Of a stretch of DNA of 54,253 nt, positions 35,340 through 44,098 are shown piece by piece (position 1 is the first letter of the stretch; each line of letters opens with the position of its first letter). The stretch comes from a virus (lineage: Duplodnaviria > Caudoviricetes): positions 1 through 54,253 of IMG/VR virus record IMGVR_UViG_3300037258_001211; one strand, written 5' to 3'. Under the pieces are notes generated by a model that was given only the letters and a program-made list of their open reading frames with translations, had not been told where the DNA came from and did not search any database. A program made the translations under genes and the position numbers.

Positions 35340-35364
35340 CCATACCTCCGGGCGGTATACGGGG

Positions 35365-35793
35365 TCATGCGCTCACCAGGGGGCGCACCGTCACGACAAT
35401 CTTAGGCTGATGGCTGTAAACCTTCTGCAAGGTGCCGTACTCGACGATCAGTGCATCGTCGCGGAATACCACGCCGTTCAGTGCATCCTCGACCTGCTTG
35501 ACCAGATTGGAGAGGTCCGGCTTTTTTGTCGGTCGAAGTTCCCGGCGTAGCGCACTTGCGGCCTTTGCTTTCGAGAAGCTCTTTGGGATCGCAAATTCGA
35601 CAGTGAGATCGAGGCAAATGGCCTCATCAAAGAGCACGCGCCCCGCCATCTCCTGTTGCGCTAGCAGTTTGAGCGCGACGGCGTTGTTGCGCTGCCGGGC
35701 CGGCGTGAAGGGGATGTTGCGCTTGCCAAGGCGAGCCCGCGCCCAGGCTACGGGCTCGCCCAAAAGGCAAACGGTTATAGAGCCATCCGTCAC
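35365..35793 (-). CDS. rusA: RusA Holliday junction resolvase
   Basis: [30 protein letters not shown]. Confidence 0.9.
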   Translation of the reverse strand: MTDGSITVCLLGEPVAWARARLGKRNIPFTPARQRNNAVALKLLAQQEMAGRVLFDEAICLDLTVEFAIPKSFSKAKAASALRRELRPTKKPDLSNLVKQVEDALNGVVFRDDALIVEYGTLQKVYSHQPKIVVTVRPLVSA

Positions 35794-36260
35794 TTATCGC
35801 GGCCCTTGAACGGCATGATCTCGCCGGTATCCGGGTCGACAAGCGCGGTCTGATCGGGATCGGGCTTGGCTGGTGCCTTCTCGCCCATGTACGGCTCGCA
35901 ATCCGCGACCACGATCAGCGCCGACTTGCCGACCGCATCGAGAAGTTCATACCGCAGCGGATCGTGGCGGGATGCCTTCAGTACAACCTTGATCCCGTCC
36001 TTGGCCGTGCACTGTTCGACCGTCGCCGTGATTGTCGGTTTGCCATTGGCCGCGATGAGTTTGACGGCCTCGTTCACGAGATGCGCGGAGACACGCTCGA
36101 CGCCTTCGATCATCTCGCGCTGTTCTTGCTCCGACATGACGGTGTAGGGTTTTGGCATTGCCCGCAGGCGATCGAGGATCGCGTCGCGGAGATCGCCGTA
36201 AAGCGTATCGGTACTGGGAAGCGCGTCTTGCTCGTCCTCTTTGACTGCTGCTGTGGCCAT
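35790..36260 (-). CDS. Phage hypothetical protein
   Basis: 156 aa, GAGGGG RBS, coupled to rusA. Confidence 0.75.
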   Translation of the reverse strand: MATAAVKEDEQDALPSTDTLYGDLRDAILDRLRAMPKPYTVMSEQEQREMIEGVERVSAHLVNEAVKLIAANGKPTITATVEQCTAKDGIKVVLKASRHDPLRYELLDAVGKSALIVVADCEPYMGEKAPAKPDPDQTALVDPDTGEIMPFKGRDK

Positions 36261-36308
36261 GTGTCAGTTCCCCTCGCGACAAAAGCCGGCCGCGCAACGG
36301 CATTCCTT

Positions 36309-36605
36309 TCAATCCGCCGCCGCAACCGCATGACGCGGGCGGTGGTAGTCGTTCCGGAGCTCTTCTGTGTTGGCTCGCCAGAACCGCTCGACCGGGTCAC
36401 GCACACGGCGGCGCGTGATGAAATACTGATACCGCTCGTCACCAAGACGCTTCTGTGTGAGATCGAGCCACCCTGCGAGGTATGCGGCACCGACGATCTC
36501 TTTCAGGACGAACTCTGCCGTCCTTCCGAGGAAGCCGGTGAAGTAGATACGGCGTTCGCCCGGCTGCGCGGTGTCACGCCATGCCTGTAGCTCGGCTGCG
36601 GTCAT
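36309..36605 (-). CDS. Hypothetical protein
   Basis: 98 aa, GAGGG RBS, in operon. Confidence 0.65.
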   Translation of the reverse strand: MTAAELQAWRDTAQPGERRIYFTGFLGRTAEFVLKEIVGAAYLAGWLDLTQKRLGDERYQYFITRRRVRDPVERFWRANTEELRNDYHRPRHAVAAAD

Positions 36606-36617
36606 TGCAATCGGCCC

Positions 36618-37097
36618 TCAGCGATTTTCTGCAAATGTCGTTTGACCGCATCCCGCAGCCGCCGCTTCTCTGCTGGTCGGGGGCACCTCTCGGCCAGGGC
36701 CGTCAATCGAAGTGCCGCGCGTCGGTGGAATGACCGGCGCATCTTTCCCCACCACCGCATCATCAAAACGCTCCTCGATCCGCGCCAGACGCGCGGCTAT
36801 TTCCAACATTTCGGCCGTATGAACGGCTTCGTTTGCCGGTGTCCCGGCCAACAAGGCATCGAACGCCGCCCCCAGCACGGCGCTCGCCTGGTTAAGCCGG
36901 TCGATCGTCCAATGAAGGCCGTTCCGCAGATTGCGGGCCTCACGCGGGCAACACAGAAAAATCCGCTCGACCGCTTTGTTTCGGTTGCGGTTCGGCGTCA
37001 GTCGATCAAGCGCCAGTGCGGCGCGCTGTCCGTAGTCGGCAGTCATCTTTTTCTTCGCTGAAATGGCATCATTAGTGCCGCCTTGTTCGCTCGCCAT
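36618..37097 (-). CDS. Hypothetical protein, possible transcription regulator
   Basis: 159 aa in early operon; helical, HTH-like middle. Confidence 0.55.
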   Translation of the reverse strand: MASEQGGTNDAISAKKKMTADYGQRAALALDRLTPNRNRNKAVERIFLCCPREARNLRNGLHWTIDRLNQASAVLGAAFDALLAGTPANEAVHTAEMLEIAARLARIEERFDDAVVGKDAPVIPPTRGTSIDGPGREVPPTSREAAAAGCGQTTFAENR

Positions 37098-37362
37098 CCG
37101 TCACGCTCACCAATAAGTTCGGGGGCATGGCGGACACAGCAACGAGGCGACGCGGAGGACGGACGAATGGATTGGTGAGGATCGGTGTCATTGTGGGGCG
37201 CTTGGTAGAGCGCCTCGACCCCGACCGGATACGAGAGATCATAGATACAACGACACCCGCAGAGCAGCGCGGCTCCCCCGAACCGATGCCGGACGGCCTT
37301 CCCCAAGGCACAACGGCGGCTTGCTCTGCGGGTGTTCCGCAAAAGGGTGAAAAGTGATGTCA

Positions 37363-38073
37363 TCAGCCCAACCCGATGATCAGTGGAGCGGCCCCGATGG
37401 GTTGCGCATCGCTCACGCCCCTGGGAAGAGGTTCGTCCAATGGACGGGCCGCATTAGGCTTGGGATATGGAAATTCCTTGAGGCCAAGGCGCCGAGCGCG
37501 CGAACGCCCTGCCACCACAAGCGGACGCCAATACAAATGTTTGCCATCATCAAAATGAGGATCAATGACATGACCAGGCAGGATTTGGCGCAGCTTATCG
37601 GGGCTTTGTGTTCCCCACTTAGAGTTGCAGGATCGGCCCGGCTTGAAGACCCCATTAACCGTAACGCCATCCATGCGCCGATCCCGGCACCCGGAATAAT
37701 GCCAGCCGGCAGCCTGATAGACGCCGCCGTGATGCCCTTGTTGCCGATCAGCGAAACCAACCGCGATGAGCCAGCCGTGCTTTTTGAGGCCCCCGCAAGC
37801 AAAGGCAATGAGCCTGGACAACGGTTCTGTGAATTCAGCAACACGCACAAGGCGCGACAGCTCGATCACTTCTTCGGTCCAGCGGGTCGGCGGTATGCTG
37901 AATATTACCGCAGCGAACACATCGCCATAATCGCCGAAGAGGCCGCCCCCACCGCGCGCAACATAGCAGTGTTGAATGTTTACGGGCATTCTCCGCGAAT
38001 AATGGTGAGCGCGGATCAACGGCCACACTTCGTCCGGTTCAGCTCCCGTCAAAAAGTAGTTAGTCGCGCTCAA
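37363..38073 (-). CDS. Mom-family (GNAT-fold) DNA adenine modification protein
   Basis: LIRAHHYSR...IELSRL...GFADRQQGHHGGVYQAAGWHYSG...KHLY...PYPK. Confidence 0.8.
   Translation of the reverse strand: MSATNYFLTGAEPDEVWPLIRAHHYSRRMPVNIQHCYVARGGGGLFGDYGDVFAAVIFSIPPTRWTEEVIELSRLVRVAEFTEPLSRLIAFACGGLKKHGWLIAVGFADRQQGHHGGVYQAAGWHYSGCRDRRMDGVTVNGVFKPGRSCNSKWGTQSPDKLRQILPGHVIDPHFDDGKHLYWRPLVVAGRSRARRLGLKEFPYPKPNAARPLDEPLPRGVSDAQPIGAAPLIIGLG
37384..37452 (-). ncRNA. tRNA-Gly-like cloverleaf embedded in the 3' end of the Mom-like gene
   Basis: GCGGCCC/GGGCCGC acceptor + T + CCA; GTCC-ATT-GGAC arm; TTCCCA-containing loop; CGATG-CGCAACC-CATCG arm. Confidence 0.7.
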
Positions 38074-38288
38074 TGCAGCCTCCGCAGATCGTCAGCCATG
38101 CGCCGGAGCATGGAGACGAATGAGGTTTCCTCACCGAACCAACTCGCGATGGTGTCGCAATCCGCAAGGGTCAGATCATGATCCTCGGCGACCGTCTCTT
38201 CGATGGCCCGGACGAGGCCGCCGCGCTCGATTGCGTCGGCGATCTTCCGGTACTCATGGGCGCGGACGAGGTGATTGCGGTCAGTCAT
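38070..38288 (-). CDS. Hypothetical protein
   Basis: 72 aa, coupled on both sides. Confidence 0.6.
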   Translation of the reverse strand: MTDRNHLVRAHEYRKIADAIERGGLVRAIEETVAEDHDLTLADCDTIASWFGEETSFVSMLRRMADDLRRLH

Positions 38289-39089
38289 CTACTTCACCGC
38301 TCGCAAGGCGATGGTGTTGTCGGCGACGGGCATATCCACGCGGGACATGAAGATTTCACGCGCCTCCGGGCCGGCCTTGTTCCATGCGGCCATAAGGGAA
38401 TCCACTTGTCGCTCGACCGTCTCAAAATCATTCAGCGGATCACGGGCCGGCGGTTGCGGTCGCGGTGCGGAACGCGCGGCGGCGTGCTCTCGCAAGGAGC
38501 GCAACTGTTCTTCTTTGCTCGGCTGTTTGGCGGCCGTCAGAAGAGCGGATTGATTATCGTCGAGATGAAGGGCGCGGGCCTCGGCTTTGGCCTCCGGGTC
38601 CAGCGCCGCGATCTTGACCGCACGCTGCGCATCGGTGCGCTCGATACCCAGTTCGCGAGTTGCCGCGCTGAGGCCACCAGTGATACCTCGTCCACCCTTG
38701 GCGGAAACTTGCGCAACTTGCCCAGGTTTTGCCGCCGTCCGCTCGTCAATCAACCCGATCCATTCAGCGATGGCGGAGGCGCGCTGTTCGACGGTCAGCT
38801 CGGCACGGTGAAGGTTCTCGGCGATTTCCCACAGCCGACGATCGATAGCGGAGAGGCTCACCACCACGCAATCAATGCGATCCCAGCCGAGGAGCCGGGC
38901 GGCCTCCAATCGATGCCGCCCGGCCACCAGCCGTACTGTCTCGCCGTCATCGGGCGTCCAGACCGATATCGGGGTCTGGAGCCCAATGACACTCATCGAC
39001 TCGGCGAGCGTCTTAATCCGCTCAGCGTCCGCATCGCGACGAGCGCCCACGATCTCGATATCGCCAACTGCGATGCGGTGGAGTTCCAT
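38289..39089 (-). CDS. ParB/Srx N-terminal domain protein
   Basis: LAESMSVIGLQTPISV...LVAGRHRLEAA...EIAENLHRAEL. Confidence 0.88.
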   Translation of the reverse strand: MELHRIAVGDIEIVGARRDADAERIKTLAESMSVIGLQTPISVWTPDDGETVRLVAGRHRLEAARLLGWDRIDCVVVSLSAIDRRLWEIAENLHRAELTVEQRASAIAEWIGLIDERTAAKPGQVAQVSAKGGRGITGGLSAATRELGIERTDAQRAVKIAALDPEAKAEARALHLDDNQSALLTAAKQPSKEEQLRSLREHAAARSAPRPQPPARDPLNDFETVERQVDSLMAAWNKAGPEAREIFMSRVDMPVADNTIALRAVK

Positions 39090-40006
39090 CAGATGATGCT
39101 CGGGAACGACTGGGTCGGGTTCTGTTCACCGCGCCAACGGAAGATGCCGATGCTGCGGCGCTGGCGCAGAGCATTCCAAGCCATGACCGTAAAGGCGGCG
39201 ATATAAATGTCAGACAACCGCTCGCCGCCCGTGCGCCCCTCAATCAGCCTATTGCGGAGCTTTAGCGCGGCATCTTTAGCGCCCAAGTTTATGCCGGATG
39301 CCGCACCATCGAAGAACCGCATCGCCTGTTCTGCGTTTTTCAGGGAGCACAGATGATGAAGCGCGGTCATCAGCGACGGCGGTGCCAAATCCCTGAACCG
39401 GCTTCCGGGAGCAACCGATTTTGGCAGATCGGGAGCCTGCGCCAAGTAGTAGCTATAAAGCTGGTCCGGAGTTGGCCCCTTGCCGGCCTCCGGGTTCATC
39501 ATCTTTGTGTTGTGGTACTTCCAAATCCACAGTGTCGCCGATGCCATTTTGTTCGCATCGGCGACGCCGTGAATGGAGAAGATGTCGCCGGCCGTGCGCT
39601 TGCGCCCAACGTCCATGAAGGCAAAAGCGTCGTCATCGACACCGAAGACAACAAAGGTCTGGAACTCGCGCTGAGAGGCGATGCAGGCGTGCAACCGATG
39701 CTGCCCATTGAGGAGCCGCCCGGACTTCGAGAGAATGACCGTCTCGCCCGTCAACTTCCAGCCACGCCGCATCTCGTTGGTGTATTTGTCGAGCGTCGAC
39801 GCCGAGAGAGTGCGATTGCGGTAATCTTCACCTTGGTTGCGCCGCAACAGTTCGTCGGCCATCAGCGGCGTGATGGTCATGACACATGCGGTCGGCTCAT
39901 CGCAGTTGGCGTGCCACGCAAGCTGCTTTTTGAACGGCGTCTTGCCGAGGCGGCTGAAAAGGCTTGCCCCAACGTCCGGTCGTTCTATACTCTTGGCTTC
40001 AAACAT
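39089..40006 (-). CDS. ParB-like (xGQHR motif) phage protein
   Basis: ITPLMADELLRRN...LLNGQHRLHA...MDVGRKRT. Confidence 0.75.
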   Translation of the reverse strand: MFEAKSIERPDVGASLFSRLGKTPFKKQLAWHANCDEPTACVMTITPLMADELLRRNQGEDYRNRTLSASTLDKYTNEMRRGWKLTGETVILSKSGRLLNGQHRLHACIASQREFQTFVVFGVDDDAFAFMDVGRKRTAGDIFSIHGVADANKMASATLWIWKYHNTKMMNPEAGKGPTPDQLYSYYLAQAPDLPKSVAPGSRFRDLAPPSLMTALHHLCSLKNAEQAMRFFDGAASGINLGAKDAALKLRNRLIEGRTGGERLSDIYIAAFTVMAWNALRQRRSIGIFRWRGEQNPTQSFPSII

Positions 40007-40209
40007 TTGTCGGTTTCCCCTTATCTAAAAAGCGTCGCCCTGACCGGTGGCGCTTTTTCTGTTGTCCCCATCCTCTCCGAAAAGGAGCCGGCACCCCGAA
40101 GAGCGCCGGCTAAGTTTAGGAGGGAGAAACGAACCATGCCGGATGGCATGGCCTCTACCGACGCGCCCGCGACGGCAAAGCTCGGGTGTGAGGTGATTGA
40201 ATGGGGCGC

Positions 40210-40371
40210 TCATCGACGCGACCAGCACCAATGAGTTGCGTAGATCATTGTCAAGAGATCGACGAAAATGCTGATTGCCAGCTTCCATCCGGGAACATCG
40301 CCGCCATACGCCATCAAGTAGTCGATACAGAAGGCGTTGACTGCGAAATTGGTGAGGCAGAGCACGATCAT
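40210..40371 (-). CDS. Small membrane protein
   Basis: 53 aa, two hydrophobic stretches. Confidence 0.45.
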   Translation of the reverse strand: MIVLCLTNFAVNAFCIDYLMAYGGDVPGWKLAISIFVDLLTMIYATHWCWSRR

Positions 40372-40462
40372 CTCTCCCCACCCCCAACACCGCAGAACGC
40401 GCCGACAAATATCGCCGTAGCGAAGGAGAGCGGCGCCCAGACGAGCAGGAGGTCGAGGACGA

Positions 40463-40663
40463 TCATCGCGGCCTCCGTGTCGGCAGTTGATCGAGGTGAT
40501 AGGTGGCGCAGCGATCGCAGAGCAGCGTGATCGGGTGATCGCAGGGCATCGGGTGGATCGCAGCCTCTTTGGAGCCGCGCGCAATCTCCAGCGCCTCCCT
40601 CAGCCCTTCGGCGATCTTGTCGAATGCCGACTTACGCGCGGCGGAGGGTGCGGAAGCGCGCAT
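40463..40663 (-). CDS. Small hypothetical protein
   Basis: SAFDKIAEGLREALEIARG; follows rnhA. Confidence 0.5.
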   Translation of the reverse strand: MRASAPSAARKSAFDKIAEGLREALEIARGSKEAAIHPMPCDHPITLLCDRCATYHLDQLPTRRPR

Positions 40664-40669
40664 GGCGGG

Positions 40670-41122
40670 TCAGACGGCTACGCGCGCTTGGCGCATCGCG
40701 TCGACGGCCAACCGGTCGGCGCGCTCATTCTCGATATGGCCGTTGTGCCCGCGCACCCACTGGAACCGGACATGATGCTGACTTATCGCGCGGTCGAGGC
40801 GGTGCCAGAGATCAAGGTTGAGAGGCGGCTTGCTATCCCATGAGTTTCGCAGCCGCCAGCCCTGCTTGCGCCACTTCGGCATCCCAGAGGTCGCGCCATT
40901 CACGACGTATTTGCTGTCGCTGACGATGACGACGTTGCAGGACACCGAGAGGCTTTCAAGCGCCATGATCGGCCCCATCAGCTCCATGCGGTTGTTCGTC
41001 GTCGCCGGATCAGCGCCGCAAAGTTCTTGCTCGGTCGCGCCGAAGCGAATGATCGCGCCCCAGCCGCCGGGGCCGGGATTGGGCTCGCAAGCGCCATCGG
41101 TGAAGATTTCAACGAAGGCCAT
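40670..41122 (-). CDS. rnhA: Ribonuclease HI
   Basis: FTDGAC.PNPGPGGWG, TTNNRMEL, SDSKYV, WVRGHNG..ENERADRLA: all four catalytic acidic residues present. Confidence 0.95.
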   Translation of the reverse strand: MAFVEIFTDGACEPNPGPGGWGAIIRFGATEQELCGADPATTNNRMELMGPIMALESLSVSCNVVIVSDSKYVVNGATSGMPKWRKQGWRLRNSWDSKPPLNLDLWHRLDRAISQHHVRFQWVRGHNGHIENERADRLAVDAMRQARVAV

Positions 41123-41334
41123 CAGGCGGCCTCTGGTGGCGATGCCCAGATATCCGGTCGCAATTCGTAGAGCGGGATGCCGAGCCCTTCGCTGATGCGC
41201 TTTGCGCGATCTACCGTGGGCACGCGGTCGCCGTTACGGCGCCACCAAATCACGGTCGAATGATCGACCCCCGCGACCTTGGCTAGCTCGCTTAGGCTTC
41301 CCGCGACTTCAATGATTTCATCAATGGTCTTCAT
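41122..41334 (-). CDS. cro: Cro-like (YdaS-type) regulator
   Basis: AGSLSELAKVAGVDHSTVIWW...LRPDIW. Confidence 0.88.
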   Translation of the reverse strand: MKTIDEIIEVAGSLSELAKVAGVDHSTVIWWRRNGDRVPTVDRAKRISEGLGIPLYELRPDIWASPPEAA

Positions 41335-41341
41335 CCAAAGG

Positions 41342-41394
41342 ATGTTGGCATTGCCAACCCGTAAGGTCAAGCCTAAAATGTTGGGTACGCCAAA
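41342..41394 (-). promoter_or_regulatory. PR/OR-like region: two operators overlapping the cro promoter
   Basis: GTTGGCATTGCCAAC (41344), GTTGGGTACGCCAAA (41380); TTGACC-N17-CAACAT on the minus strand. Confidence 0.8.
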
Positions 41395-41428
41395 CACTGA
41401 CTTTGCGCGCCCGTGCGATTATGCTCGA

Positions 41429-41815
41429 ATGCAGGCACAGAAAACGGGCAGAGCCGAGCGCGCCCAGGGCGATCCTGTCTTGGGCGCGATGATTCGTGCA
41501 AAGCGAGAGGAATTAAAACTTTCGCAATCTAAACTGGGAGAGGCTGTAGGGAAGAGCCGATCACACGTCGCCAATATAGAAGCGGGACGAGACGGCGCGG
41601 GAGCACGGATGCTAGCAGACATGGCGAAGACGCTAGGACTATCGCTTGACCGGCTGATGAACAGCCAACCCGCCGGCACGCCGGGCACATTCACGGTCAC
41701 GGTGACCGAGGACGAGGCCGACCTTCTCATCGCTACCCGCGGCCATCCTGTCGACGAAATCAAATCGCTCGCCAAGATGCTGCTCCGCGGAAACCAGAGC
41801 CCGAAGCAAAGCTGA
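41429..41815 (+). CDS. XRE-family CI-like repressor lacking an S24 domain
   Basis: IRAKREELKLSQSKLGEAVGKSRSHVANIEAG; divergent from cro; 128 aa. Confidence 0.88.
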   Translation: MQAQKTGRAERAQGDPVLGAMIRAKREELKLSQSKLGEAVGKSRSHVANIEAGRDGAGARMLADMAKTLGLSLDRLMNSQPAGTPGTFTVTVTEDEADLLIATRGHPVDEIKSLAKMLLRGNQSPKQS

Positions 41816-41837
41816 TCTACGCGACATTCTGACGCTG

Positions 41838-41889
41838 GTTGGGTTTCCCAACATATTTCCTTGACGACAAACGTTGGGAATGCCAACAT
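41838..41889 (+). promoter_or_regulatory. PL/OL-like region: two operators overlapping a promoter
   Basis: GTTGGGTTTCCCAAC (41838), GTTGGGAATGCCAAC (41873); TTGACG-N17-CAACAT. Confidence 0.8.
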
Positions 41890-41924
41890 CCCCTCACGCC
41901 ATACAGGTGATGAGGGACGAGACG

Positions 41925-42152
41925 ATGGGCAAACGACCAACATTGAGTGACGCAATGGAAGCCGTCGCCCGGAATCTGCGGGAATTCGGCTATCCCGATG
42001 TCACCAGAACGATGATCCGTGAGATTTACGATCAATGGGTCACAGGCGAGCGCTATCCCGATTTGCCACACGGCATCATCGCGGGCTTCGCTGAGCGCCA
42101 GTTCGCGGACCATGCCGAACTGTTAGCGTCTTTAGCGGCGAGTACCGTCTGA
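41925..42152 (+). CDS. Hypothetical early protein
   Basis: First ORF after PL, GAGGGA RBS. Confidence 0.65.
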   Translation: MGKRPTLSDAMEAVARNLREFGYPDVTRTMIREIYDQWVTGERYPDLPHGIIAGFAERQFADHAELLASLAASTV

Positions 42153-42334
42153 TGCCCCGCACCGACTACCTCGCCCTTGGGGCTGATCTCTGCCGACCCG
42201 TGACGATCCACGATCTTCCCGCGCCCTTTAACAGCAGGCCTGAGATCGAGGGCGAGTGCCCGGATTGCGGGCGGGAGATTTACGTCGGCTGCGATGTCGA
42301 TTGTGACCGCCTACGATGCGCCGAGAGGCGGTGA
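42152..42334 (+). CDS. Small Cys-containing protein
   Basis: CPDCG; TGATG coupling. Confidence 0.5.
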   Translation: MPRTDYLALGADLCRPVTIHDLPAPFNSRPEIEGECPDCGREIYVGCDVDCDRLRCAERR

Positions 42335-42337
42335 CGC

Positions 42338-42799
42338 ATGACCCATGTGTTCCCCTGCGCCGGTTGCCCTTTACGCGATGGATGCGACCAGCGGCAAGAG
42401 TTTGCTCAGCGCGCCAAAGCCTCGGGCGCCGGCTCAATCTCGCTCCGCTGCTCGATCTTGAAGGATGCAGTGCGCCCCGGACGCCGAGTGCAGATCATGA
42501 CGCCTGAGATTGAATACGATCGCTACGGCGAAGTGGTCATCCGAAAAGCGGCGGTATCGGCGACGATCACAACGATCGGCACGAAATACCAATTCGCCAG
42601 CGTGGTCGACCCCGGACAACTCCTACCTGATGACGGGGAAGAGAGGCGGCACCGCGGCAATGTTCGCTTCCGCCGCCGTCAGCCGCACTACCGCATCGTC
42701 CGCTTTCTCGATGAGCCCGACGCGGTTCTGTGCAGCAACGGGAATGTGCAGCGTGATGGCGTCTGCGACACCTATGACGGCACCTGTTTTTGCAAATAG
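42338..42799 (+). CDS. Cys-rich hypothetical protein
   Basis: CAGCP...C N-terminus, C-terminal Cys cluster. Confidence 0.65.
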   Translation: MTHVFPCAGCPLRDGCDQRQEFAQRAKASGAGSISLRCSILKDAVRPGRRVQIMTPEIEYDRYGEVVIRKAAVSATITTIGTKYQFASVVDPGQLLPDDGEERRHRGNVRFRRRQPHYRIVRFLDEPDAVLCSNGNVQRDGVCDTYDGTCFCK

Positions 42800-42840
42800 T
42801 TCGATGTCGATTGTGACCGGGTCGGGTGTGGAGAAAGACG

Positions 42841-43062
42841 GTGACGGATCGCGAGATGCTGGAACTGTGCCGGCTACACTTTGCCTTCCTCGGGAAGGCT
42901 TCCCAGCAAACCTATCTCCGCAACGTCGAGACCGGGAAGCGCATTACCTCGCGCCAGGTCATCCAAGACGAATGCCTCGCCGCCATCCGGGGCATCGAGG
43001 AACACGTTCGCGCCGCCGACGCGGTAGATGCCTTCGCTGAGGGCAGAAAGGATGTCGCGTAA
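42841..43062 (+). CDS. Hypothetical protein
   Basis: GGAG RBS, GTG start. Confidence 0.55.
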   Translation: MTDREMLELCRLHFAFLGKASQQTYLRNVETGKRITSRQVIQDECLAAIRGIEEHVRAADAVDAFAEGRKDVA

Positions 43063-43280
43063 TGCCCAACAACAACATCAGCCCCTACCTCCTACGCCCG
43101 CTGCGGACACTCGACGAAGCGATGGCGGCGATCACCCGGCCAGTGTCAAACTCGGATCGTCACCGCTTGGTGTTGCTGGCGCTCAAGACCGCGTTTGCCG
43201 CGCTTGAGGACGGCGACCTCTCGGCGACACGGGCGTTCATCGGCGACGCGCAGCTTCATCTGATGGAGATGGACGCATGA
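43062..43280 (+). CDS. Hypothetical protein
   Basis: TAATG coupling, AAGGA RBS. Confidence 0.6.
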   Translation: MPNNNISPYLLRPLRTLDEAMAAITRPVSNSDRHRLVLLALKTAFAALEDGDLSATRAFIGDAQLHLMEMDA

Positions 43281-43356
43281 GCGACAGGACGCTCTGGACG
43301 CTGACCGGCTTCGGCTGGGCGGCGATTGTCGCGATGCTCCTGCAGATGGCGGCGCG

Positions 43357-43614
43357 GTGATGGTCGACACCAAATTCCTTGACCCCGACCGGAGGGTCGC
43401 TCGCGCGCTCAGCCAGATAATGACTGGCGGCGATCACCTCGCGGCGCGCCTGGTCGCCCGCGTCGGCGCCGACTTCGCCATCCGCTTCCCTCCCGACACC
43501 GACCCGGAACATGTCTTGGACGTGCTCGGCGCGACGGCGGATTACGACATGTGGTGTTGCTGGGCGGCGATCATGCGCGGCCGGGCAATCCTTGAGGAAC
43601 CCTCCGATGATTGA
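43357..43614 (+). CDS. Hypothetical protein
   Basis: 85 aa in operon. Confidence 0.6.
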   Translation: MMVDTKFLDPDRRVARALSQIMTGGDHLAARLVARVGADFAIRFPPDTDPEHVLDVLGATADYDMWCCWAAIMRGRAILEEPSDD

Positions 43615-44098
43615 CGACGGGAGACGCACGATGACACTAGCGATCGCGCACAGCAGGGAACTGATCGCGCTGCTTGCTCCGCGCATCTTTGCGCGTGCAA
43701 TGCCGGAACCAAATACGGGGTGTTTTCTGTATGTCAGCCCTTTGACGAGCTCGGGGTATGGCAAGATCGGCTATCAACGTCGCTATTATCAGGCTCACCG
43801 GATAGCACTCGAATCGATGGTTGGGCCGCTCCCCATTGATGTCGTCGTCGATCACAAGTGCCGTGTGCCGTCGTGTGTGAACCCGGCACATTTGGAGCCG
43901 GTTTCTCCGCGAGAGAATGTAATGCGCGGCCTTAGTCTCGTTGCCGCCAATGCACGCAAGACCCATTGTAATGGCGGCCATCCACTCGACGGCAGAAATC
44001 TTTACATACTACCTAACGGGCACCGTAGCTGCCGCACGTGCAGAAATGCTGCATCCATAAAATACCAACATAGTCGAGGGCACTCCGATGTTCAGTGA
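43607..44098 (+). CDS. HNH homing-type endonuclease
   Basis: PEPNTGC...GYG...AHR...DHKCRVPSCVNPAHLEPVSPREN...KTHCNGGH...CRTC. Confidence 0.9.
   Translation: MIDDGRRTMTLAIAHSRELIALLAPRIFARAMPEPNTGCFLYVSPLTSSGYGKIGYQRRYYQAHRIALESMVGPLPIDVVVDHKCRVPSCVNPAHLEPVSPRENVMRGLSLVAANARKTHCNGGHPLDGRNLYILPNGHRSCRTCRNAASIKYQHSRGHSDVQ

Noticed and set aside
40670-41122. RNase H as part of a retron or retroelement
   Set aside because: No RT motif (YADD-like) in neighbouring ORFs
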